64,000 nucleotides of DNA from the human T2T-CHM13v2.0 reference genome, Homo sapiens (GCF_009914755.1 NC_060937.1), one strand, 5' to 3'. Positions 1 through 12,440 are shown, counted from the first letter of the stretch. Made by a program: numbers and translations. Notes: generated by a model from the letters alone, not told the origin.

Positions 1-124
1 GGGTCCCAAAGGATATGTTTGGATATTTTGATACTGAAATATTATTACAGAGTATGTGTGTCCTAGATCTCTAGGTCCTTATTTCACTGGTTACATCTAC
101 CTTGGCTAATGGAGTTCTTTACTC

Positions 125-411
125 TGTTTTTATTGTGAAATATGTATACCTATGAGAAAGTACAGAGAATAATGTAACAGCACCTACATACCCATTCCCT
201 AGTTTAGGAAATAAAACCTAACAATTACAGTTGAAGGTCTCTGCGGGTCCTCTCAGGTCTCATAACCAGGAAGGAGTTACTAACTTGAATTTGGTGTGAT
301 CATTTTCTACATGTTTTTATACTTATCCTACATATGCATGTATGTCTAACCAAAAACTTTGTTTTTCATTTTTAGAAACTATATATAAAAGGTGTCATCA
401 TGCATGCTGCC
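125..411 (-). mobile_element. Old L1M (L1MD/ME-like) 3' fragment
   Basis: TTTATTGTGAAATAT...AAAGTACAGAGAATAATGTAAC...CATACCC pattern resembles antisense L1M 3' ends; highly diverged. Confidence 0.55.
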
Positions 412-480
412 TGATATGATAAGGCTTTGTGTCCCCACCCAAATCTCATCTTGATTTGTAATCTCCATAATCCCCATAAT
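412..480 (+). mobile_element. THE1D/MST LTR 5' fragment, truncated
   Basis: TGATATG...TGTGTCCCCACCCAAATCTCATCTTGATTTGTAATCTCCATAATCCCCA matches the MaLR LTR start; similarity stops after about 65 bp. Confidence 0.8.
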
Positions 481-792
481 CTCATTTGGGGATATGGTGG
501 ATGGGGGCTGTTGTACAAAGGAATTGCAGCTGCTTACATAGCCCCACGAATCCCCCAAGAGGTAGAATCTCATCTCATCTCTGACCACTACTTCTCTCTT
601 GGGGAGTAGCCCTGCCATGGTGGTCTGTTTCCCCCAGACTCCTGGAGTTCTAGTCAATTCATCTCATTATAATTTTTTAAAATAAAAGCTTTGTTACTTA
701 AAAAGTCCTCATTAACTGTATTAGTCTCTAAGGGTAAGCTACCTGTTCCCCAAACTAGTATTTGAAAGTTTACTAAATACCGTGGATGTACA

Positions 793-842
793 TTATTTTT
801 AATTTTTAATTTTTATGGGTACATAGTAGGTGTATATGGGAT
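793..842 (-). mobile_element. L1MA 3' terminal fragment
   Basis: TTTTAATTTTTATGGGTACATAGTAGGTGTATAT resembles the antisense L1MA 3' tip. Confidence 0.6.
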
Positions 843-1957
843 GTGCCTTACTGAGGGCCCAGAATTGGTTGGTAGAAATTTAACTGAGTCTGGAGCTGTG
901 CACATGTAACCATATCGTAACCTGAATATCTCTCCAGTTAGCATAAATGGGAAACCTATAGATTGTAGAAATGTCTGTCTCTAAATTTTAAAAACAGAAA
1001 TCAAGCAGTTTATTATTTATATAAGTAAATGAAGATGATCACTATAACGTTAAGACCAAAATTAAGAATTTGAGATTTAGACCATTCAAATACAACAGAA
1101 TTCTGAGAAAAAGAGAGACGTGCTGCTTAGAATGTGAACTGAGCAGTGACACATCTTTGGTGCCAGCCTGTATGTAGTTGATTTGACAGATTTTATCTGA
1201 TCCCCACCTCTGCCCTCCCACTTCCTCCCTGCTGAGACCCATTTTACCAGAGTGGGAGGGGGTCGTCAAACCACAGGGGTGTTTAGAAATGAAGCAAGGT
1301 TTTGCCATGGGATGAGGATGGTGATAAAGGCAGCTTGCTTTTCGGGCCCTTTATCTCTGTGTTATAGTGTCTGTGTTATAACAGCAGCTTCAAAATATGG
1401 ACCCGTTTTGTCCAACTGGTGACGCTGCATATCAGCAATGTTCTCGAGGAAGCAGGGACTCCCTCCTTGCGATGTGTCATGTGCCTGTGTATGGCTTTCT
1501 GTTCACCCAGTGATTAGTAATTCTTGGTTGTTAATGGGTAACGAGACACAGCTTGGATAGCTTGGAGAGAAAATCATTGGTCATTCCATTAAATTGAATT
1601 CTAGATATGAAATGCCGATGGCAGTGGGTTTATCCAACCTATCATATAAAGAAATGTTGCCTTTCCCATGTGTTACCAGTCAAAATTATTTCTTGGTGAT
1701 ATAAAACTGTGTACTCTTCTATAGTTCTGTGGAAAATGAATATTAAAAAAGACTTAAGGGGAAGCCATAAAGTGGGAGTTTAAATTTTGTTTTTAAGTCT
1801 AAAATGTGAGATTCTTTTGTAGTTTCAATTTCTTTGTTGTTAAAAAAAGCTTTTTTTCTGTTGAATTTTTTCGTTTTTTTTCCCTTTATTTTTTTTTATC
1901 AAAGTAATATATGCTTATTGTAGAAGATTTAGAAAATAGTGCAAGGTAGAATTAATA

Positions 1958-2128
1958 TATAGTGTCACGGTTAGGATATGGGCTATGGAGTAAGGTTTGA
2001 GTTTGTGGTTCCTGGCTTTGTATAGTTGGACAATTTACTTAGCCCTTTCTAATGCTGCATTTTTCATCTTTTTAATGGGGTTAATAAAATCTACACACAG
2101 GGTTGTTGTGAAGGTTAACCAAAATGAT
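1958..2128 (+). mobile_element. MIR SINE
   Basis: Core TTTTCATCTTTTTAATGGGGTTAATAAAATCTACACACAGGGTTGTTGTGAAGGTTAA. Confidence 0.75.
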
Positions 2129-2185
2129 TACTACTCTTGACAATTGGTAGTTGTTGCTGTTATCAACCTATTTATGGGAGGTAAT

Positions 2186-2414
2186 AATGCATAGTAGTGA
2201 AGAGCATGCTTCCAGAGCTGACCCACTGGGCTCAAATCCCGTTTCTGCCACTTGCTTCCTGGGTAAACATGGATAAGTTCTTTAACATCTGTGTTTCTCA
2301 GTTTCCTCATCCATCCAACAATCATAGAATTGTTCTGAGAATTATACATGTTTATGTTCATGAACAACATAAAATAATACCTACCACATAGTACGTAAAT
2401 GTTAACCATTGTTG
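2186..2414 (+). mobile_element. MIR SINE, near full length
   Basis: CTGGGCTCAAATCCCG...CTGTGTTTCTCAGTTTCCTCATC...CACATAGTA. Confidence 0.85.
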
Positions 2415-2419
2415 CACAA

Positions 2420-2720
2420 TTTCTGGTCAATCAATGCTGACATTCTAGCCTATTTTAATGGTTTGCATTGCATATACATTTTGATTCTACTTTTTCACAT
2501 AACCAAAGTCCTTTCCCATGCTGTAAATAGTCTTTTTGATGACTGCTTAATATTCCACTGAATGGGTGTGTCATGATTCACTGAGCCGTTGCCTCAATGT
2601 TGACTACTAAAAGTTTCTTTCCTTCCTGCTCCCCGCCCACCAATAAATAATATTAGGAGAAATATTCTTTTGCTTACGTCCTTGTTAAAAATTCAGATTA
2701 TTTAAGGGTGGAGTTTTAAT
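2420..2720 (-). mobile_element. L1ME-like fragment
   Basis: GACTGCTTAATATTCCACTGAATGGGTGTGTCATGATT...CAATAAATAAT resembles antisense old L1. Confidence 0.5.
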
Positions 2721-3099
2721 TTTGACAATACCTTCTGTGTACAAAGAAGTATAAGTAAGAGATACCCATGACTCAACAACTGGATTAGTGCAAGCTAAAG
2801 TGTCATCATATATACTTCAGATCATTCCTTGGCTAAGAATTGTGTCGTTGTGGGGTGGGCAGGGACGAGTGAAGTGGTTGGGGTGTAGGCATAATCTGCA
2901 AACAGGTGCCCAGAGGAAGCTTGGAGGCTGCTACCTCTCAGGTCCCTCTCTCCTGCCCTAGAGGGAGCCACTGTTGCCTTTTATTATCCTGGCCAAAGCA
3001 CAGATCATCCACCATTTCCTATTTTCATTCAGCACACTAAGACAGGTTACAGTTTTCAAAGGGAATTTTACTAAAAATAAAAGGAACACACAAGGGGAA

Positions 3100-3420
3100 G
3101 GAAAAGAAAACCCGAGAAGCACAGTCCGCTTTTCTGTCGCTGCATGCCTCGTTTTCCCTGCTCCTTCCGATTCCTGATTTCCCTCTGCAGAGAGAAGTCA
3201 CTGTGACCACACCCTGTCTTCTCTCTCTTTCTGTGTTCCGCCTGCACCCCCAGGGTGTGGGTCTGGAACCTGCTCATCTCCTTCTTCGATCCAATGGCTT
3301 GTCCTCGCAGGCCTGAGTTGAGGAGTTGGGTATTGGGGAGCCAGACGGAAGTTTCCCAGGGGTCCGGAAAGAAGCAACCTATTTTGAACGTCATATCTAT
3401 TCTGAAAAGCCGGGGGTCTG
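3100..3420. promoter_or_regulatory. CpG-retaining candidate enhancer or weak promoter
   Basis: 12 CpGs in about 300 bp of unique sequence; RUNX, KLF x2, CCAAT x2 and ETS/Rel-like motifs. Confidence 0.45.
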
Positions 3421-3610
3421 ACAGTAGCATTTATTGAATGACATAATTATGCTAGCTATTTCTCATATCCAATCCAATTTAATTCTTCCCCAACTTGAAG
3501 AGAGGGTTTATTTTTCTCATTTAATGGATGAGAAAACTGAATCTTAGAGATTTAAAATACTGTGCTCAAGGCCCATTTCTTGGCATGGGTATAACCCAGG
3601 CTATTTTTAC
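3421..3610 (-). mobile_element. MIR SINE
   Basis: CATTTATTGAATG...CTCATTTAATGGATGAGAAAACTGAATCTTAGAGA. Confidence 0.75.
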
Positions 3611-3681
3611 TCATCTGGTTCCCCTCCTTCAGAGTGGAAGCCCCATTAGATAATACCCAGGGTTTGCATTTGTTCAGGGCA

Positions 3682-3946
3682 TATTGTGTGTGCATCACTA
3701 AGGGCCTTACTTGTGTTACTTACCTCACTTAATCCTCGCAGCTTCCTAACGAAGTAGATGTTATTCTCTCTCTCTCTGTCCATCCATCCATCCATCCATC
3801 TCTCTATCTTTAATTTTACAAATGAATAAACTAAGTCACAGAGACGTTTAATAAATTCTGGCAGGATCTTAAAGTTTAGTCAAGTAGGGCAGGAATTTGA
3901 AACTAGTCTAACTTCAAAATCTATACTGTTAATAACTGTTATACTG
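3682..3946 (-). mobile_element. MIR SINE with internal (TCCA)n
   Basis: CTCACTTAATCCTCGCAGC...TTTTACAAATGAATAAACTAAGTCACAGAGA...GCAGGAATTTGAAAC; (TCCA)n at about 3778-3800. Confidence 0.75.
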
Positions 3947-3956
3947 CAGAGAAGCA

Positions 3957-4120
3957 GTATGTATGTTTGTGTGTGTGACTATGTATGTATATAGGTGTGC
4001 ATGCATATGCATATACATGTGTATATATTTATATACATGTATGTGTTTATGTGTGTAGTTAGATACATAAATACATAGATGAATGGGTGGATGGATGGAT
4101 GGATAGATAGATAGATAGAT
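3957..4120. repeat. Compound simple repeat (TG/TATG)n-(GGAT)n-(GATA)n
   Basis: Directly visible low-complexity tract. Confidence 0.9.
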
Positions 4121-4124
4121 AAAT

Positions 4125-4222
4125 TTCTTTGCCCATCTCATTTACTGCTGTATTTCTAGCACATAGAATAATGTCTGGCACACAGTAGGTGTTTAATAAG
4201 TATTTTCTAAATGCATGAATAC
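4125..4222 (+). mobile_element. L2 3' end
   Basis: ACTGCTGTATTTCTAGCACATAGAATAATGTCTGGCACACAGTAGGTGTTTAATAAGTATTT...ATGAAT. Confidence 0.8.
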
Positions 4223-4329
4223 ATTTTCATGAGTCCAGGTCCCAATAAGAAAGACATGAAAGAGATGATGTCAAAGTAAAATATTTAAAGGAGACTTTAA
4301 TTATGAAATGACTCCTCTAAATATGCAAG

Positions 4330-4673
4330 CCAGAAGACCCAGGGATGATTCTGGGACTCAGGAATGGCATCAGCAATGCTCCTCACCATCTCTGTGTCCC
4401 CAGAGAGAAGTGGGTGGCTACTGAAACCAGACAAGAGGACCAGTGAATGTCAGGTAAGGGACACAGAAGCTGAAGGGCCCCCAGGGAGGGAGTCAGGCCT
4501 CACTCTCCTCTCTCCCTCTAGTTGCCTGCCTGAACTTCCCAACCACCAAACCCAGTGGGAAGCTGGGGGGCAAGGGAGCCCCTTGCTGTGGTCCTCACAG
4601 GACAGCCTCTGGGGCAGAGAGGAGGGTGGAGAAGGGTGGAAAGACCTGGAGGGGCAGGGGAAGAGATCTGGCA
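4330..4673 (-). mobile_element. ERVL LTR33/LTR41-like solo LTR
   Basis: AACCCAGTGGGAAGCTGGGGGCAAGGGAGCCC...CAGCCTCTGGGGCAGAG...GGTGGAGAAGGGTGGA...CTGGAGGGGCA. Confidence 0.65.
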
Positions 4674-5404
4674 GCGAATGGCTGTGTGCGCTAATCTGTC
4701 TGTTTCCAGGATGTCACAGTTCCTCCGGGAACATGCCAGTTACCAAGAGTCAGGACCCTGTCACTCACAGCCACGTGGGGAGAAGACAAACATTAGGGCC
4801 ATATTTAAAAGCATAAGCCAGTAAGTGGCCAGAGATGGAAACTGCCAGGAAGACACGTGTCATGGTCTGGCTAAGTTGTGAAGGTATGTGCTGAAGGGCT
4901 GGGTTTAGACAGCGTCAGAGCACTCTGTCTTGATCTAGTGGATGCTGTTTGCTGCTGTCCATCATTCAACAGATGGGCTTTCCTGCTGCTGGACTGAGTC
5001 TCTGTGTGTACCATTCTTTTTCAATTGAGGCCTGTACTGCTCTTGGCAAGGATCATCTCTGCTATTAGTTTTGTTTTTCTCTCCAGTCCCCAGCCCACAC
5101 TACTTCTCAGTGGAAGTTTTCAGTTAAGAACCTAGAGTTGTAGCCTGTGGTGGAGTATCTGTTGAGTCTTTTTCTGCCTTCCATAATGATGCCAATGGCT
5201 TCCTAAGCCATCCCCTGACAGGGCCGCATCTTTTCACACGAAGTTGCCCTTGGGACTAGCTGTGACCTCTGCCAGTCCCTGTACATTTTCCCATTGCTAG
5301 TCGGCCTAAATTAAGACCCTTGCATACAGGCATGTTTCCAGAGCCACACTAACTCCACTAGCTTGCCTGGCTCACAGATGATCTCACTCCCTTTCACCTT
5401 CTTT

Positions 5405-5576
5405 TCAAAAAAATTTTAAATTAATAAGAATTGTATATAATTATGGTGTACTATCTGATATTTTGTAACATGTGTACATTGGGGAATTGCTATATCGAGC
5501 TAACATGTATATAACCTCACCTACTTCTCATTTATTCATGGTGTGAATACTTAACATCCACTCTCTTAGTTATTTG
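5405..5576 (-). mobile_element. L1MA (L1MA8/9-like) 3' end
   Basis: AATTGTATATAATTATGGTGTAC...CATGGTGTGAATACTTAACATCCACTCTCTTAG. Confidence 0.75.
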
Positions 5577-5842
5577 CTTTCACCTTCTGCCTAAAGCTGT
5601 CACCTTACATAATTCCCTTGTTAAATGCTTGGTGTTTTTCTTTCCTTCTGTTTGCCCATTTCCCCTTCCAATATAGTTTTATCATCCTTGTTAAGGAATT
5701 TTAGAGGCAGAACCCCATCTAAATAATAACACATTGCTGTAGGTGGTAGAGCTTGCATTTCTTGGCAAGAATAATATTTCGTGGTGATGATTTCCTGTGA
5801 CTGTATTTTCAACCCTATTCTTTCAACATGGCATGTTGATAA

Positions 5843-6196
<354 letters not shown>

Positions 6197-6232
6197 CACA
6201 GGTAGGATTCTTAAACTCTAGTGGCATCATTA

Positions 6233-6350
6233 CTTCATTCGCTCGTTCATTCATTCCAAGAACATTCATTGAGCACCTCCTATGTACCAGGCGGTTTTTT
6301 AGGCAAATTGGAGATAGACAAAGCAGACTGCACCCTTTTGTCTGGGAGCA
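6233..6350 (-). mobile_element. L2 3' end
   Basis: TTCATTCATTCC...CATTCATTGAGCACCTCCTATGTACCAGGC. Confidence 0.75.
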
Positions 6351-7569
6351 CATTCCTTTATAAGATGGTGAACACAGTGTCTATCTTGGAGAGTGGTAGG
6401 ATTTGGCATGTAATAGTTGCTTAATAAATCTTATTTGTCATCCTTTCCATGCAGATAATAAATCTGATATTAGATGTATTTGAAAGACTTTTGGGAAAGA
6501 TCATCTGGAGGGAAAATATTTTTGTAAGCCCTTTATAAATAGACACTTTTCAAGCATCATTAAAGTTTTAAAATTTCTGATTTGTCTTCTTGGCTTTTGG
6601 GTTGTAAAGGAAGGCACTTTTTTTCTCTAAGGGTGTGAGGTAGAGCAGTTATCTCACAGTCATCCGAAGTCATTTTTCCTTCTTCTGCCACCTAAATAAT
6701 AGCTCTAATTAGCAATGACAGAGGTTCTGTTTTTCTCTAAACTATTTGAGCTAGCTTATTTGAGCTAGCCAGGTTGTTTTTGATGATCTGTTTCATGTGG
6801 ACACTGTCTTTAAAAAATTTAAGAAACTTTGTTTTACCTTCTTTCCCTGCTAATAGCTTTATATCTCCTAATAAATCTGTGACATTTTATCTGGCCCAGG
6901 GCTTCTATAAATTCACATATTAGATGGCTGAGCCCTATGATGTAAATTTTTAAGGCTGTCCCACTGGCTTCATGAATTTAATTCTATAATTGTTGAAATT
7001 AATGTTGTCTGACAATGTCATGATTTTCTCATTTTTTTAATGCCTCAGTGTTGAAGCATCCTGTTTGCAGTTACTAAAACCATGACAGTCCACTACAAAA
7101 TATTAATTGCATTAAGAAATTACTCAATTACGCAATTTGAGTGTTCCATGTATTTCCTGCTGCAATACTGACTCATAAACTGAATTTAAAATAATTAAAA
7201 ATTGAACATCTTAAATATTATTATACATTTGGGTCAAATGAATGGATAGAAATAGCTAATAAAGAAGAAAATTTACCTTTTCTAGTGTCTCAAATAGTCC
7301 CTCTGCCCTCCCTCCACCATAAAAACGAAAACAAAAGAAAACCTTCTTTTTTTAACAGGAAAAATAGGTGCTGCTTTTTGGTTGAGAAACTACTTTGTGA
7401 TACTCCTGCTTTTGATTAATTAGAAAGCAGTTAGGGTCAGAGAGAGTTTTTGGGAAATACCTATTTGTGTGGGGTACATATGACTATTATTCAAATTATT
7501 GGTCAAGGAAAAGTAGCAGTGATGCTGGGAAGTTGCTGTGTGATCCCTACCCTTCTGTCATTTTCAATT

Positions 7570-7708
7570 ATTTATTGTTTCATTGCCTGTGGGGTATTCC
7601 CAGCTATAGAATTCAAGCTAGGGATTCTGATTGTCTTAAATAGTGTAGTGTTCAGGCCTTGAGAACAATGCTCATGGTAGCTTCCAATAAATATTTTTTG
7701 AGTGAATG
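7570..7708 (+). mobile_element. L2 3' end, diverged
   Basis: Ends CATGGTAGCTTCCAATAAATATTTTTTGAGTGAATG. Confidence 0.55.
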
Positions 7709-10152
7709 TGATCTGATTCTAATTAACTGCAGTGGGATGGGGAGGAGGTAGGATTTGGGGGAACAGTTAGATGCAGGTGAGTGCTCTAAAGTCCATTCAA
7801 CAGGACTTTAGTCTACTGACCAAACAGTAGAGGTCAGATACAGTACAGATATCAAGGAGTGATGGGGTAAACTGGTGATCCCTAGAGTCTAGCAAGCTAG
7901 GAGCTGGCTGCAAAAATCTCATATATCAGAAGGAACAAGGCTATTGACACATAACCCCTGGAATTCTAGATAGTTGGAGAGTTTATTAGCAGGTTGTATG
8001 ATGTAAGCAACATAGAAGATCCTATGTACTGGAGTACTGGGATATAAAATAAGACATAGCCTTACATTAGGTCATTTGTCACTTTAGCATGGATGACTGA
8101 AAAATATTATATCTTCTATTTGAAATGGAAAAAAATCAATCAACCTTAGTTGTAATAAATGTTCTTTTAAGATGGTGAATTAACTGTTATTTTAAATTTT
8201 ATAATAGATTTTAGATGGCTGAACTATAAACTGTAGCATGTTGATTTAAAAAGTGTTCCAATTTTGAAATACAGATGATGAAATTGACAGTGTGATTAGA
8301 TAAAATCAAAGATATTTTTCCTTGGGCAACTGTAAAACATCAATCAAATTCTTTATTTAAAACTTCATAAGACAGTCTAGAGATGCTGAAGTAAATATGA
8401 CTTCCCTCTTGGACACTTTATGATGTAACAGGGAATAAATTGATTTTATTTCTTAACAAGGGACAAACTACATAAGACAAAGAATAAAAAAAAGCCTTGA
8501 AATGGGCTTTAGTAATTTCTAGGCCCTGTAAAATGCTGCAGATGTCTGTATTGAAAGGTGATTGCAACATTTCTTGTGGTACAGCATCAACTTCATTTTT
8601 CCTGGGCTGAAGATTAATACCACAGGAAATTAAAGAACATAGTAAAGCCCAGAGAAAACTGGAGGCAAAATAGCTGGTGCAAGGTCAATATCCAAGCAAC
8701 GAGGTAACAAGATCAGCGAATGCTAACAGCAGCTTCTAACTTTCTTTAATGAAAATTGCCCACTGAAATAACACCAGGTAAGTGGGCTTAGTTTTGTTAC
8801 CTTGTTGCTGGATGATTTCTTCTTAGAGCATTGCTCTTTCTATAGGAGTACTGTATTCAGGCCTATCGCCCTGACAGCTGAATCAGAAATGGAAAAATCA
8901 GAAGGAATTTGTTTACAGAGAATTATTGTGTCTGCTAGTGAATTTTAAATAGTTTACACTTAGGACTTCTATGCCTTCTATGCCATTTTTTAGATTTCCA
9001 TCCTTCTCCACTTGAATATTAATTTCTCATTTATCAGGGAGCATGCTTTAGCTCATAGAGTTTCAAGTTAGGACTCTTTTGTAAGGAGTAGGGATGACTC
9101 TTCTTCTAGCCTGTGTATATATATGTTTCAGTGGGGTTTGTGGATATGACCTGGTAAAAGGTGTCAAGTTAGGAGCTTCTGTGGCATTGTTATATCATGG
9201 AACTGCAGAATTTATGATGTGCATTTTGATTTGGAAATGGAATATGACTGCATAATATGCCTTAGTATGGATGGATGTGTTTGTGTTTTAAGTGACTCTT
9301 ACTATTGTTAGCCATGCTTGCTTTGGAATACTTGGTTTCATGAGAGAACAAAATAATTTTTTCCAGTTGAATTTTCAGTATTAGTATGTTAGCTGTGTAA
9401 TCCAATGAGGACAAGAATGGGAGAAATCATGAGTGACATTGGAGCAGGGAAGCAGAGTGGGACAGGAAGGAGGCATCTTTATTCTGCAATACGAAACATG
9501 ATAGTTGCCATTTAGCAAATGCCCTGATGATGAGGTGGCCTCATATGTAGAGGCGTGCTTGTTGTGTTGGTCAGCACAGCCCCCAGACTCTGGAACAGGA
9601 CAGCTTGTTCCAATGCCCTTTGCAATGTGGTTGCCTGCACAGTGGCTTGAACGCCTCACTGACACCATTCAGCTAATTTCAGCTTCGGTGTTGGCAGTGT
9701 TGATATACACAGAGCATTTTTCTGATGCCCCAGCCTGGGCCTGAACCCAAGAACCTTCCCTAGCATTGACATTCACGGATGGACCAGAGCAATTGCTTTC
9801 AGAATAGAATAGCTGTACTTTGTGGTGATACAAAATAACCCCTTGAATGTCCTTTCTGGAATGGATATGGTGGGGGGGAAGTTTTTGTCGTTTTTTATTT
9901 TCAGGTTATTTCTTTATTTGTGTCTAACTTGGGGGATGGTAGAAGAAGAAAGAAGATTGCTTAGATGTTGTAATAACATATATGTCACAATTTTTGGCTA
10001 TGACTATGTAACTGACCCTGATAGTTGCTAACATAAAAGGTCAACAATGCTTTCCTTGGATATCTAGTTGGGGGACTTCAATCTCCCTCTCTAAGCCATG
10101 GGCAGTTTCTTCCAGATGGCAGCTAGTTCTTTATATAATCTAAAGCAAAATA

Positions 10153-10222
10153 TTCCCTTCCCTCCCCTCCCGTCTCAATCTTCCCTTCCCTCTTCTTCCT
10201 TTCCCTCCCTTCCCCTTTCCTC
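10153..10222. repeat. Polypyrimidine (CCCTT/CCTCT) tract
   Basis: Directly visible. Confidence 0.85.
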
Positions 10223-10549
10223 CTCTTCTCTCCTCTCCTTTTGCACAGTATAAATTCAGTAAATGTATAAGAGCATGACTCAGCCTAATAGCAACCAGCT
10301 GTCCATCCTAGAGGCACACATAGCTCCTTTCCATGTTACCTATGGGTTTTCGAGATGTTCTAATTTCCGAGTCAGGATATCAGCCTCTGTGGTGCTTTCA
10401 GTTATCCATTGGTTCTTCAGGCTAATGATTGCAAATGAGACCCCAGAGCCCCATCACTGTTAACAGTGCTGGTTTGGATAGAGAAGAGTAAAGTCTCAAG
10501 GCCTATACCAAATTCTAACTTGAGAAATTTGAGATGAGCTGTTTGTCAC

Positions 10550-10825
10550 TTTTTTTTTTAAGTGTCTCTCCGTCTGCTAGGCTGGGGTGCAGTGGTGCCA
10601 TCACCAATTCATGGCAGCCTCGACCTCCTGGGCTCAAGTGAACCTCCTACCTCAGCCTGCAGAGTAGCTGGGACCATAGGCATGCCCCACCATGCCTGGC
10701 TAATTTTTTAATTTAAGACAGGATCTCACTATGTTGCTCAGGCTGATCTTGAACTCCTAGGCTCAGTGATCCTCCTGCCTTGGCCTCCCAAAGTGCTAGG
10801 ATTATAGGCGTGAGCCATCACAGCC
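10550..10825 (-). mobile_element. AluJ
   Basis: J-type CAGCCTCGACCTCCTGGGCTCAAG and TCTCACTATGTTGCTCAGG; degenerate TSD GAGCTGTTTGTCAC (10536) / GATCTGTATGTCAC (10826). Confidence 0.92.
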
Positions 10826-12129
10826 GATCTGTATGTCACCTTTTAGAAATTAACAAAACAACCTTGCTTATATATGTTCACAGTATTATGTTCTAGGCAG
10901 AATATAAATTGTCTTGTTTTAGGATAAAAGGAGACAGAGTTAGAATTAGGCAGTGCTTGGTCATCGAAGGTTACAGAGCCACCTAATTGTTTCATGATGC
11001 TGTAGACCAGTGATCCTTCTACAGGATTCTTCTGGTAAGAATCTCACATTCTCTAAAAATGAATGTCTGCTTTACCATCCATTACTTTGATTTCTTTTAG
11101 GCCATTCTTAAATAAATTGGGCAGACTTTTATGTTTGTTTAAGTGGAGCGTGTTTGCATTGTTACTGGGAGTGTGTTTAATTTTTCCAAAGGGTAATTGA
11201 ATTATTCTGAAGTTGAATGCATGGTTTGTGCACCACAATATATTAGCTTGTAAGTTGGCAATTGAGAGAGTCCCTAAGAATGAAACATTTCCTTCAAGCA
11301 TCGTAAGTATTTTGGGAGCTTAAAATGTGAATTTTGATCAGAGACATTTTTTGTAGATGGTAGACTTAATTGGTCACACCTGACAGGTTTACCCATATGC
11401 GAAGTCATTTGAGAAGTAAATGTGCATCACATCAAGTTTGGCCTAATTAAATTATCTGGGGTAAATAAGTATGTGGAAATGCTATGCCATTACTATAAGT
11501 CACCTACACTAGGAGGTGTAAACAATTAGCTATATGGGGTTTATTCCTTTTGGAAGTCTTTTAATGAACTACCAAATAATTTCCAAAGTCCACAAGTTAG
11601 GAAACATCAGACTTTAATATTTTAAGTATTGTTTTTTTCCCCAAAGGGGAACATTTTTACTGGGCATAATCATCTTACTTTGGAATATTTTCCTCACTGC
11701 ATAGTTAGGATTATTTTAGATAATCATGTTGAATATGCAGCTCTTTATTTTATTGATGGAGGAGGTAGTACTAGAAAAGGGAAGCAATAGATCTAAGTGT
11801 TCTTGTACATCCATCCCACCTTGCATCAGTCTATGATAGAACATTTTATTTTAATAACTTTACTTTTCTATTTTAATAAATGATACATTTACAAATGGAT
11901 TCTGGGTTTTTTATTCTGTGTTATTTATCTGGCAATTCTATTTACCCAGATTTTTTGGTTTTCATGTCTATATTTTCTGTTTGTGACCAACTAAAATTGA
12001 TGAAAGTTAAGTATCTCAAGATTTAAGAAAGAATCGAAACTAAATTTCAACTGGGTAAAAAAGGGGGAATGTAAAAGAGTGAATAGAAGTATAGAGAAGT
12101 AGCTTATAAGCATGCCACCATTTATATGG

Positions 12130-12245
12130 AGAGTCCTGGGATAGTAGTATTAGGAAATTTGGTTTATGGTCTTGCCAATGACTCACTGATCTTAGTTAAG
12201 TGCGTTTTGTTGGGTCTCTGGGCTTCTGTTGCCCTCAGTGGTGGT
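12130..12245 (+). mobile_element. MIR fragment
   Basis: GGTCTTGCCAATGACTCACTG...TCTCTGGGCTTCTGTTGCCCTCA. Confidence 0.5.
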
Positions 12246-12440
12246 GGGAATAATCAGGTTTCAGTGAAGACACAACCTCAAGTGTCACTTTAATGTAGAC
12301 TGATTGGTTTTGGAGAGGGTCTGCCCTCTCAAAAACATATTTGATATACTAATTTAAATAATTTAGAACACTTAAAAACAACCAACCAATAGATTTATGT
12401 ACATTTCAAAGAGGAAATACCTTGAAGATTTTTATGATTA

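Noticed and set aside
3765-4120. (TCCA)n and (TGGA)n tracts in inverted arrangement
   Set aside because: Common microsatellites in separate contexts; complementarity is likely coincidental.
4364-4816. 150-aa ATG-initiated ORF
   Set aside because: Largely overlaps an LTR33/41-like element; no recognisable protein family.
11025-11034. Microexon CTACAG/GATTCTTCTG/GTAAGA
   Set aside because: 10 nt is frame-shifting and the pyrimidine tract is short; such matches occur by chance in 64 kb.
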